A stretch of 62,254 bases of DNA, the filler included, from Gemmatimonadota bacterium (GTDB lineage: Bacteria; 4572-55; J002): assembly GCA_003697105.1 (NCBI GenBank). It is 4 parts of 4 records of this genome, joined end to end, with 100 filler letters (N's around TTAATTAATTAA, not from the genome) between each part and the next. Parts side by side here need not be neighbours in the genome. Positions count along the whole stretch, not along the records: positions 38,638 to 56,379 come from RFFQ01000155.1; positions 56,480 to 62,254 come from RFFQ01000017.1; 2 more parts are not named here. One strand, given 5' to 3'. The position numbers were made by a program, and so were the translations under genes. The notes under the pieces were generated by a model. That model saw only the letters and a list, made by a program, of their open reading frames with translations. It had not been told where the DNA came from and did not search any database. Numbering within the stretch: the stretch's first letter is position 1; each line of letters begins with the position of its first letter. Positions 50,222 to 58,526 of this stretch are shown one piece after another.

Positions 50222-51454
50222 TTACAGCACGCCTTCCATACAGCGTACTGTATCCCGGGCAATAACGAGTTCCTCATTTGTGGGCACGACAAACGTGCGG
50301 ACGGTTGCGCCCTCTGCTGTAATGTCACCTTCCCGACCTAGAATTTCCCGATTTTGCACCGGGTCAATGCGGATGCCCATAAAATCAAGACCATGTGTGG
50401 CGACTTCCCGCACTTGCCACGCGTTTTCGCCAATCCCACCGGTAAACACGACCACATCTGCTCCACCCAGCACACCCATATAGGCACTGATGTACTTTTT
50501 CACCCGATAGCAAAACATATCAAACGCCAGGCGTGCCCGATTGACACCTTCTGTTTCGTTATCCATTACTTCTATAATCTCCCGTAAGTCATTGGAAATG
50601 CCCGATACACCGTACAACCCACTGTGTTTATTCATCATGGTATCTGCCTGATGTAAACTAAGGTCTTCTTTCGCCATGATGTGCAAAATCACGGCGGGGT
50701 CGAGGTCGCCGGTGCGTGTGCCCATCATCAAGCCTTCTAGTGGTGTGATCCCCATCGAGGTATCTACGGATTTACCATGGTCAATCGCACAGATACTACA
50801 CCCGTTACCCAAATGAACCGTAATGATCTTTAATTTTTCACGAGGAATACCGATCAATTGCCCCACCCGGAACGAGACAAACCGGTGCGATGTACCGTGA
50901 AACCCGTAACGACGAATTTTATACTTCCGGTAAAAGTAGTACGGTAGCGGATAAATATAGGCATAAGGCGGCATGGAATGATGAAAACCGGTATCAAAAA
51001 CCCCCACATGTGCCACATTCGGGAAAAATTCTTTGGCAATCCGCACTCCTTTTAAGTTTTGGGGGTTGTGTAACGGCGCAAATTCAGAGCACTCATCCAC
51101 TTGTTTTTCGACTTCCTCATCAATCAGAATGGATTTGGAGAAGACTTCAGCACCATGCACTAAACGGTGACCGACCCCGGCGATTTCCTCCAAGCTTTCC
51201 AAAATGTGCGGGGAATCCCCCGTCAAAACATCGATAATTTTTTTGAGGGCTTCGGTATGATCCAAAATTTCCACCACATCTTTATACGATTCCCCATTAT
51301 ATGTGTAGCGAATCTGAGAGCCGGGCAAACCGATTTTTTCGACCAAACCCCGTACAATGCTATAATCCGCACCCTGCTGGATCAATTCTAGGTCGGTTTC
51401 AATGACATCAAATTTAATCGAGGAACTACCACAATTGAGTGTTAAGATTTTCAT
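50222..51454 (-). CDS. ackA: Acetate kinase
   Basis: LNCGSSSIK, GHRLVHG, APLHNP, FDTGFH, RRYGFHGTSH, HLGNG, TPLEGLMMGTR, FTGGIGEN, PTNEE. Confidence 0.96.
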   Translation of the reverse strand: MKILTLNCGSSSIKFDVIETDLELIQQGADYSIVRGLVEKIGLPGSQIRYTYNGESYKDVVEILDHTEALKKIIDVLTGDSPHILESLEEIAGVGHRLVHGAEVFSKSILIDEEVEKQVDECSEFAPLHNPQNLKGVRIAKEFFPNVAHVGVFDTGFHHSMPPYAYIYPLPYYFYRKYKIRRYGFHGTSHRFVSFRVGQLIGIPREKLKIITVHLGNGCSICAIDHGKSVDTSMGITPLEGLMMGTRTGDLDPAVILHIMAKEDLSLHQADTMMNKHSGLYGVSGISNDLREIIEVMDNETEGVNRARLAFDMFCYRVKKYISAYMGVLGGADVVVFTGGIGENAWQVREVATHGLDFMGIRIDPVQNREILGREGDITAEGATVRTFVVPTNEELVIARDTVRCMEGVL

Positions 51455-52326
51455 ACAATTTTCTCCCCTTTTTCATTATATTTATAAAACCCTTCTCCAG
51501 TTTTTCGCCCTAACTTATTGGCACGAATCATTTTACGTAATAACGGACATGGTCGATAGCGAGATTCTCCCAATTCTTTGAAAAGATGTTCCATCCACGC
51601 CAAAACAGTATGTAATCCGATAGAATCTGCAAGTTCCAAGGGACCCATATGGAGGTCGTACCCTAATCGCATCGCTTTGTCCACATCCTCAATAGTAGCA
51701 ATGCCTTCCATCACAATGTGCATGGCTTCATTCAAAAAAGGAACAATTGCTCGCGTGGTGATATAACCGGGGTATTCAAAGACTTCCACCGCCTCTTTTT
51801 TCAGCGTTTGGACAAAATCACGCGCCACCTGAATCGCCCGGTCACTTGTATTTAAGCCCCGCACCACCTCTACCACTTTCCGGTCTGGCACGGGATAGTG
51901 AAAATGCAAGCCAACCAACCGATCCACATTTTCCAACTTAGAGGATAGGTCGGTCACAGAAAGCACACCGGTATTCGTGGCAATGATGATCTCTTTTGGA
52001 ATAATCATTTTTAATCGCTCGACAATTGAAACTTTTACGTCGTAGATTTCCGGTGTGCAATCCAACACAAAATCCACATCCGCCAGATCATGTAGATCGA
52101 TGGTATATTCAATCCGGCTGAGAATCGAGCGCTTGTCAGATTCCGTTATCCCCCATTTGGCAATCTCCCGGTCTAACGATTCGCTTAATTGTTCCTTAGA
52201 AAAAGTGGCGGATGGCTCATCTTTTTCAACAATAATGACATGAATCCCTAATTGAGCCGCATTGCAGGCGACCCCGCCACCCATCACACCACCACCAATA
52301 ATACCAATCCGTTTGAACTCCATCAT
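51451..52326 (-). CDS. 3-hydroxyacyl-CoA (3-hydroxybutyryl-CoA) dehydrogenase family protein, divergent
   Basis: GIIGGGVMGGG, MGPLELADSIGL, LGRKTGEGFY; ATGA overlap with ackA. Confidence 0.85.
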   Translation of the reverse strand: MMEFKRIGIIGGGVMGGGVACNAAQLGIHVIIVEKDEPSATFSKEQLSESLDREIAKWGITESDKRSILSRIEYTIDLHDLADVDFVLDCTPEIYDVKVSIVERLKMIIPKEIIIATNTGVLSVTDLSSKLENVDRLVGLHFHYPVPDRKVVEVVRGLNTSDRAIQVARDFVQTLKKEAVEVFEYPGYITTRAIVPFLNEAMHIVMEGIATIEDVDKAMRLGYDLHMGPLELADSIGLHTVLAWMEHLFKELGESRYRPCPLLRKMIRANKLGRKTGEGFYKYNEKGEKIV

Positions 52327-52716
52327 AGAAGCCTCCTCTCAGGTAATATAGTATAAATAAATACGCTTGAAACATAATGCTTATCTGCCGTGAATATAAT
52401 CACTTTAAAAGCATTTCGCCAGATAAAAAGAACTGGTTATCTAAAATAAAGCACTCCCCAATTTGTTTGTCGCTCAAAGGTTCACTAAGCGGATATTACG
52501 CCCGAATACCCTTATGTTCGCTAATTTTCAAATTTTGGTGGGGCAATCTGTGGATTATAAAGGGGGTCGATTCTAAGGGTAAACCAAGATTTACTTAAAA
52601 ATAACCATTAACTAATTGAAAATAAATAAGTTATACGAACACGTGAACATGGAATTATGAATGTGAACAAAAATTTCAACGAAGCAACCACTCAGTTTAA
52701 TGTGGGATAAACGGAA

Positions 52717-52806
52717 AAATTATGTAAATTTTATTATAAAAATCGCTAACCAAGGAACGGTAGAAAGTCGCGTTGAAATTATGTAAATTTTATTATAAAA
52801 ATCGCT
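52717..52806. repeat. 31-bp perfect direct repeat duplicating the waaA 3' end
   Basis: AAATTATGTAAATTTTATTATAAAAATCGCT at 52717-52747 and 52776-52806, 28-bp spacer. Confidence 0.85.
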
Positions 52807-54046
52807 CAATCTGCTGGATGACCCGCCGGGTAACCCCTTGTTGAGCCGCCACCACCTGGCGAGCCTGCTCACCAGCAAGTTGACGATGTTCTAGATCCGA
52901 CAGCAAATGCAACGCAATTCGTCCCAATTCGCCGCTATCCCGCACGCAAAACCCCCCACTTTGGGCTTGTAACATCTCGGCGGCGAGTCGCACATTTGCC
53001 GTATATTCCCCAAATAAGACCGGCACCCCGAGCGCCGCCGGCTCCAACAGATTATGACCCCCAATAGGCACAAGCGTTCCCCCAACAAATGCGACATCCC
53101 CGGCGGCATACGCCAGTTGCAACTCCCCCATGGTGTCGAGCAGTAAGACGGGCGTCGAAAGACTCCCAGAATGTTGTGTACGGCAAGTAAATCCAACCCC
53201 GGCATCGTTCACCAATCTGGAAATCTCTTCTACGCGATCCAGATGGCGCGGAGCAATCACCAAAATGGCGTTTGGAAGTTGGGCTCGAATAATATCAAAT
53301 GCTGCTAACACAAGCGCTTCTTCCCCTGGACGAGTACTGCCAGCAACAAAGACGGGAGCATCTGGGGGTAACCCAAACGCCTGTCGTGCCTGAGTGCGGT
53401 CCCGATTCAGGAGTTTCTGATCCGATTTGGTACTTCCCACGACGTGTACCCGTTCTGGAGGCGCACCCAACTCAATGACCCGTTCGGCATCAATGGCGGT
53501 TTGCATCAACAGCGCATCTATTTTTTTAAGAATGGATGAAAAAACCCATTTTACCAACCGGTAACGCTGGATCGTCCGGTCTGAAATGCGACCGTTTAGG
53601 ATAATAATCTTACTACCCGCCCGGTGACATTGATCGATCAGATTGGGCCACAGTTCGGTTTCAGCAATAATGAAGAGGGCTGGTTGAATCTGCCAGACCG
53701 CCACCCGGCAGGCCCACTTAAAATCGAGTGGAATGAAAAAGAGGTGGTCTAGGGTATCCCCCAACTCGTTACGAGCCGTCTCTTGTCCAGTAGCCGTCAT
53801 CGTCGAAAGCACCATCAAGCGGTTGGGATATTGCTCTCGCATTTCTCGAATGACCGGTGAAATTCCGCGTACTTCTCCCACAGAGGCGGCATGAAACCAC
53901 AGGGGTCGAGCCCGTCCGGCATTGCGAACAAATCCGGTATTTCCGGCACGTTGCTTCCATTCAACAGGGTTGCGCCATTGCTGGATCAGTAGATAAGGGA
54001 GTCCAAACAAAGTCAATATCGTCAGGAGAATATTATAAAACCACAT
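52793..54046 (-). CDS. waaA: 3-deoxy-D-manno-octulosonic acid transferase
   Basis: WFHAASVGE, IAETELWPNL, NGRISDR, AGSTRPGEE, APRHLDR, DTMGEL, GGHNLLEPA. Confidence 0.95.
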   Translation of the reverse strand: MWFYNILLTILTLFGLPYLLIQQWRNPVEWKQRAGNTGFVRNAGRARPLWFHAASVGEVRGISPVIREMREQYPNRLMVLSTMTATGQETARNELGDTLDHLFFIPLDFKWACRVAVWQIQPALFIIAETELWPNLIDQCHRAGSKIIILNGRISDRTIQRYRLVKWVFSSILKKIDALLMQTAIDAERVIELGAPPERVHVVGSTKSDQKLLNRDRTQARQAFGLPPDAPVFVAGSTRPGEEALVLAAFDIIRAQLPNAILVIAPRHLDRVEEISRLVNDAGVGFTCRTQHSGSLSTPVLLLDTMGELQLAYAAGDVAFVGGTLVPIGGHNLLEPAALGVPVLFGEYTANVRLAAEMLQAQSGGFCVRDSGELGRIALHLLSDLEHRQLAGEQARQVVAAQQGVTRRVIQQIERFL

Positions 54047-54059
54047 GAGACTATCCGAT

Positions 54060-54707
54060 TTAATCCCAGTAATGATCTGCCAAATCCGTAATACGATTCA
54101 GTTCTCGTTCCACCGCTTGACGTTTTGCTTCCAGTTCGGTTTCGGTACATTTCCGTGGTATGTTAATTGGGTTACCATGAATAATCACCGCACGGGAAAA
54201 TGGCTTCGGAATCATAAAGCGGTCCCAGCTATTGAGTTGCCAGCACTTTTCAGCGGCGGCAATAATGGGCAACACAGGCACACCTGCTCGCTGGGCAATC
54301 AGCACCGTTCCGATTTGTACCTGTTGGCGAGGTCCACGGGGACCATCAGGAGTAATCGCTCCATCCTGTCCGGCAGAGATAAGCCTTGCCATCCGAAACA
54401 GCGCTTTTAAACCGCTTCGGCTAGTTGAACCCCGTACCGGCACAAACCCCAAGCGGTGAATAGGGCGGGCGATAAATTCCCCGTCTTGACTCTCACTGAT
54501 CAGGATCAACGCCTGCCGGAAGCGGTGGGAAAACCCCAAAATCAGCATCCGGGAATGCCAAAACGCATACAGTACCGGTGAGGGTATACTCGTGCGTTTG
54601 GCTTCATCAACCCACGTAATCCGCAAGGTGCGCCCAAGTAAATATATTAGCCCAGCACCCAAATACTCTGCCAAAATCAATAACAGTGTGTTTTTAATCG
54701 ATTTCAT
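54060..54707 (-). CDS. DUF374 lysophospholipid acyltransferase family protein
   Basis: AFWHSR, SESQDGE, VRGSTSRSG, ITPDGPRGP, SWDRFMIPKPFS; upstream of waaA. Confidence 0.88.
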   Translation of the reverse strand: MKSIKNTLLLILAEYLGAGLIYLLGRTLRITWVDEAKRTSIPSPVLYAFWHSRMLILGFSHRFRQALILISESQDGEFIARPIHRLGFVPVRGSTSRSGLKALFRMARLISAGQDGAITPDGPRGPRQQVQIGTVLIAQRAGVPVLPIIAAAEKCWQLNSWDRFMIPKPFSRAVIIHGNPINIPRKCTETELEAKRQAVERELNRITDLADHYWD

Positions 54708-54764
54708 GGCTACAGTATACGATAAAGTCCACCGGGAATCAACGCCCAAATCTCAGATAAAAAC

Positions 54765-54793
54765 TTGACGTCGTATTTAATCCAAATTATGTT
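54765..54793 (+). promoter_or_regulatory. Candidate sigma70 promoter
   Basis: TTGACG, 17-nt spacer, TATGTT; about 50 bp upstream of the ATG at 54843. Confidence 0.5.
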
Positions 54794-54842
54794 GATTTAC
54801 ATAAGCCACTACTCATTTTTCAGATGCTTATCGAGGTGACTC

Positions 54843-56216
54843 ATGAACCGGATTTTAATTGTAGAAGATAAAGAAGGTATGCGCCATATGCTGGAACACG
54901 TGCTGAAAGATGAGGGATTTAGCGTCATCAGCGCCACTAATGGAGAGGAAGGGATTGCGCGGGTCGAGAACGAAAAATTTGATCTTGTGCTAACCGATCT
55001 CAAAATGCCCCGTAAAAGCGGGTTGGATGTGCTCCGAGCGGTAAAAGAAACCGATAGCCGTACTCCTGTTATTCTGATGACGGCCTTCGGCACCGTGGAA
55101 GATGCGGTCGAAGCGATGAAAGACGGCGCATTTGACTTCATCACCAAACCGTTTGATCCAGATCATCTGGTTTTGCTGATCCGGCGCGCGTTGGAAAAGA
55201 TACACCTCGCCACGGAAAATCTACTTCTTAAAGAAGCCGCAGAATACCGCCATGGGCTACCCACAATCATCGGTAAAAGTACTGCCATGGAGCATGTCAG
55301 CCAGATGATCCAGCAAGTTGCCCCCAGTGATACTACCATCCTGATTATGGGCGAAAGCGGCACCGGCAAAGAACTGTTTGCCCGCGCGATCCACTCCCTT
55401 AGCCCCCGCCATGACAATCCCTTTGTGGCAATCAATTGTGCGGCAATTCCCCGCGAGTTGTTGGAAAGCGAATTGTTTGGGCATGAAAAAGGTGCTTTCA
55501 CTAGCGCTATTGGGCAAAAAATCGGTAAATTTGAACTCGCGGGCAATGGGACAATCTTTTTGGATGAAATCGGTGATATGGATTTAGCATTACAGGCAAA
55601 ACTACTGCGCGTATTGCAAGAACGGGAATTTGAACGGGTGGGCAGTAGCAAACTCATCCCGATGCGGGCACGGATCATTGCCGCTACCAATCAAAACCTA
55701 CAAGCGAAGATGGAGGAAAAGCATTTCCGTGAAGACCTCTACTACCGGATTCATGTCTTCCCCATCACCATTCCCCCACTTCGAGATCGGTTGGAGGATG
55801 TGCCTTTATTGGCACAATACTTTGTTGATAAGTACCGGCAGGAAATGAAAAAACCCATTGAAGGCTTGAGCAAAGGTGCTTTACAAAAATTACAACAGTA
55901 TCACTACCCGGGTAATGTCCGTGAACTGCAAAATACCATCGAACGCGCGGTGATCTTATGCAACAGCTCCCAGATTGAGAGCCAACATATCTTGATCCAA
56001 GCAAGCCAACGTTCTACCCCCCCATTAGCCGGTTTTAAGGCAACCAAAGGCGAATCGCTGAAAGCGTTTAGTACCAAAGCCATGCAACAAGTAGAAGCAA
56101 ACTACATCCGGGAGGTATTGGCTCAAACTGGTGGTAACAAAACCCAAGCAGCAAAAGTACTCCAAGTGAGCTATAAAACTTTACTCACTAAAATCAAAGA
56201 TTATGGCTTGGAATAA
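54843..56216 (+). CDS. Sigma54-dependent response regulator (NtrC family)
   Basis: REC, GESGTGKE, ESELFGHEKGAFTSA, IFLDEIG, YPGNVREL, HTH NKTQAAKVL. Confidence 0.93.
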   Translation: MNRILIVEDKEGMRHMLEHVLKDEGFSVISATNGEEGIARVENEKFDLVLTDLKMPRKSGLDVLRAVKETDSRTPVILMTAFGTVEDAVEAMKDGAFDFITKPFDPDHLVLLIRRALEKIHLATENLLLKEAAEYRHGLPTIIGKSTAMEHVSQMIQQVAPSDTTILIMGESGTGKELFARAIHSLSPRHDNPFVAINCAAIPRELLESELFGHEKGAFTSAIGQKIGKFELAGNGTIFLDEIGDMDLALQAKLLRVLQEREFERVGSSKLIPMRARIIAATNQNLQAKMEEKHFREDLYYRIHVFPITIPPLRDRLEDVPLLAQYFVDKYRQEMKKPIEGLSKGALQKLQQYHYPGNVRELQNTIERAVILCNSSQIESQHILIQASQRSTPPLAGFKATKGESLKAFSTKAMQQVEANYIREVLAQTGGNKTQAAKVLQVSYKTLLTKIKDYGLE

Positions 56217-56379
56217 CCCCTCCCCACCTTTACCTTTGGTGACCGTAGGATTAAATGGTGTTATGATAAGACAGGATGCGCTTCGCCAAGGGACAACAAC
56301 CGTTTTGTATCTGGCACTGGATACCTCTCAGTTATGGGGACAATACGGCATTGTCCGACTCTCCGTTATTTACCGTGGG

Positions 56380-56479
56380 NNNNNNNNNNNNNNNNNNNNN
56401 NNNNNNNNNNNNNNNNNNNNNNNTTAATTAATTAANNNNNNNNNNNNNNNNNNNNNNNNNNNNNNNNNNNNNNNNNNNN
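56380..56479. other. Artificial scaffold/contig spacer
   Basis: 100 nt of N with central TTAATTAATTAA. Confidence 0.97.
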
Positions 56480-56563
56480 CATCCTTCATCCTTCCGCCTT
56501 CATCCTTCATCCTTCCGCCTTCCGCCTTCATCCTTCATCCTTCCGCCTTCCGCCTTCATCCTT
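56480..56563. repeat. Heptamer tandem repeat (CCTTCAT/CCTTCCG)
   Basis: About 12 units spanning the stop codon of the TPR gene and running into the gap. Confidence 0.85.
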
Positions 56564-58524
56564 TCATACAGTGTTTTGACAAAATCTGGATTTGGGGTAA
56601 AGCCGAGTGCTTGTGCTCGTTCAATATCTTGTTGTGCCGCATCAAACTGCCCCATAAAAAAGAGGGTCACGGCGCGACTTTGATATATTGCCCCATTTTC
56701 CGGTTCAAGTCGTAGTGCTTGTTCTAAATCTGCTAAAGCTTGGCGATATTGTCCCAGTGCAACATACACATTTCCACGATTATGAAATGCTTTTGCATAG
56801 CTCGGGTCACATTCAATCGCCCGCGTAAAATCCGCGAGGGCTTGTTGTGGGTGTTGTTGCTGGTATAGCACACCTCGGTTATTGTATGCTTGGGCTAAAT
56901 TTGGATTCAAATACAATGCGTGCTGATAGTCTGCCAGCGCATGTTCCACATCCCCTTGAATTTGATAAAGATACCCCCGCTGATAGTAGCTTTCTGCATC
57001 ATTTGCTTTAAGCTGTAACACCCGGTTTAAGTCGTGAAGGGCTTGCGAATAGTTCCCTTGCATCCGGTAAATCACCGCGCGCGAACGATAACTTTTAAAG
57101 TATTGTGGGTCATACTCAATCGCACGATTAAAATTCTCCAGCGCACGGGGCAGATCGCCCATTTTGATGTATGCCTCACCCCGATTATGGTAAACCGAAG
57201 CATTATCCAGTTGGATGCGAAGCGCGGCATCAAAATCCGCTAAAGCCCGGTCAAACTGACCCTGACGGGCATACCATACCCCCCGATTATTATACGGCAT
57301 CGGAATACGATCCGGATATTTTGTAATCGCATCCGACCAAAGCACCCCCTCATTTTTCCAGATGGAAACTTGTTGGTAGCTTAACATCACCCAGGCAATA
57401 CATATGATCGATAATACAATACCGCCCGCCCGCCGGAAAGAATGTAAAAACCCTTCCGGTTTAAGCATGATGCCGATCCCGAATATGGAAAAATACAGGT
57501 AACGGTCGGCAACAGTGGACCAATTTTGATACTCAAACGGTACAAAACCGGAAACCGGTAACCATCCCAAAACGAAAATCACCAACCCTACCCAAACATA
57601 CCGGTACGCGGTGAATTTCCACAGAACTACGACAAGGATCAACACAGGAATAACCCAACTCCACCAAAACCACCCCTGCGCCATCACCCAGAGAGGTGTT
57701 CGTCCATAACTGACAGATAAATTAAACGGTAAAATAAGTTTCCACAGGTAAAACTGAATTGCATCACACCAAATCAGCGGACGTGCCCACAGGGACGGTA
57801 CAAAATCCAGCACCGTGTGCGGTTGTGCCCAGCGGGTCAAAAAAATGATGGGAACAATAAGTGCCAACCAAAGCCCGAATCGTTTGAAACTGATTTTCCA
57901 GTTGACGCCTCGTAACGCCCCGTCGATTACCATCAAAATCAGAGGTAAAACCAAAATCGAAGGCTTGGCAAAAAGTGCCAAGCCAAATAATAGAGTCGCC
58001 AAACTATAGCCAAGCCAATAGCGCAAAAGATTGGAATCATTCAGATTTAGGTAAATAAGCATAGCACCAAATCCCAAACTTGCGCTAAGCAAATCTTTTA
58101 AGCCCCATGCTAACGCCACGACTTCCACCTGCACGGGATGCACCGCGAACATCATCGCCCCTAAAGCCACAATCCAACGGTCTTTTATCAGGTGAAAAAG
58201 AATAAAAAACACAAATAAACTATTGATAATATGGAGGATAATGTTAGCGGCATGAAAGACGCGCGGGTTGAAGGGGGAATCTGGGTCAAGTTGGTTGAGT
58301 AGCAGCCATGCCGTCAGCGCCACCGGTACATAAAGTTCATTGTAAGGTTGGCTCCAGATGTGATGCAGACTTTCCGCCCGAATACCGGTGAGATATGACC
58401 CATGATCCAAAATAAACTGATCATCCCAGACGAACTCGTGCGTCATTGTTCGTCCAAAGATGATCAGGGGTAACAAAATCAACATCAAGATGATAGGCAG
58501 AAACGATTGAAGACGGCTCTTCAT
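56500..58524 (-). CDS. TMTC-like membrane glycosyltransferase with TPR repeats
   Basis: FVWDD, FHAANIILH, HPVQVEVVA, FAKPS, VADRYLY; about 7 TPRs (YNNRG..Y...ALADF..A). Confidence 0.85.
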   Translation of the reverse strand: MKSRLQSFLPIILMLILLPLIIFGRTMTHEFVWDDQFILDHGSYLTGIRAESLHHIWSQPYNELYVPVALTAWLLLNQLDPDSPFNPRVFHAANIILHIINSLFVFFILFHLIKDRWIVALGAMMFAVHPVQVEVVALAWGLKDLLSASLGFGAMLIYLNLNDSNLLRYWLGYSLATLLFGLALFAKPSILVLPLILMVIDGALRGVNWKISFKRFGLWLALIVPIIFLTRWAQPHTVLDFVPSLWARPLIWCDAIQFYLWKLILPFNLSVSYGRTPLWVMAQGWFWWSWVIPVLILVVVLWKFTAYRYVWVGLVIFVLGWLPVSGFVPFEYQNWSTVADRYLYFSIFGIGIMLKPEGFLHSFRRAGGIVLSIICIAWVMLSYQQVSIWKNEGVLWSDAITKYPDRIPMPYNNRGVWYARQGQFDRALADFDAALRIQLDNASVYHNRGEAYIKMGDLPRALENFNRAIEYDPQYFKSYRSRAVIYRMQGNYSQALHDLNRVLQLKANDAESYYQRGYLYQIQGDVEHALADYQHALYLNPNLAQAYNNRGVLYQQQHPQQALADFTRAIECDPSYAKAFHNRGNVYVALGQYRQALADLEQALRLEPENGAIYQSRAVTLFFMGQFDAAQQDIERAQALGFTPNPDFVKTLYERMKAEGGRMKDEGGRRKDEG

Positions 58525-58526
58525 TC

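Noticed and set aside
52717-52806. Mini-CRISPR interpretation (31-bp repeat, 28-bp spacer)
   Set aside because: Only two repeats, one inside the waaA coding end; no cas genes and no repeat hairpin.
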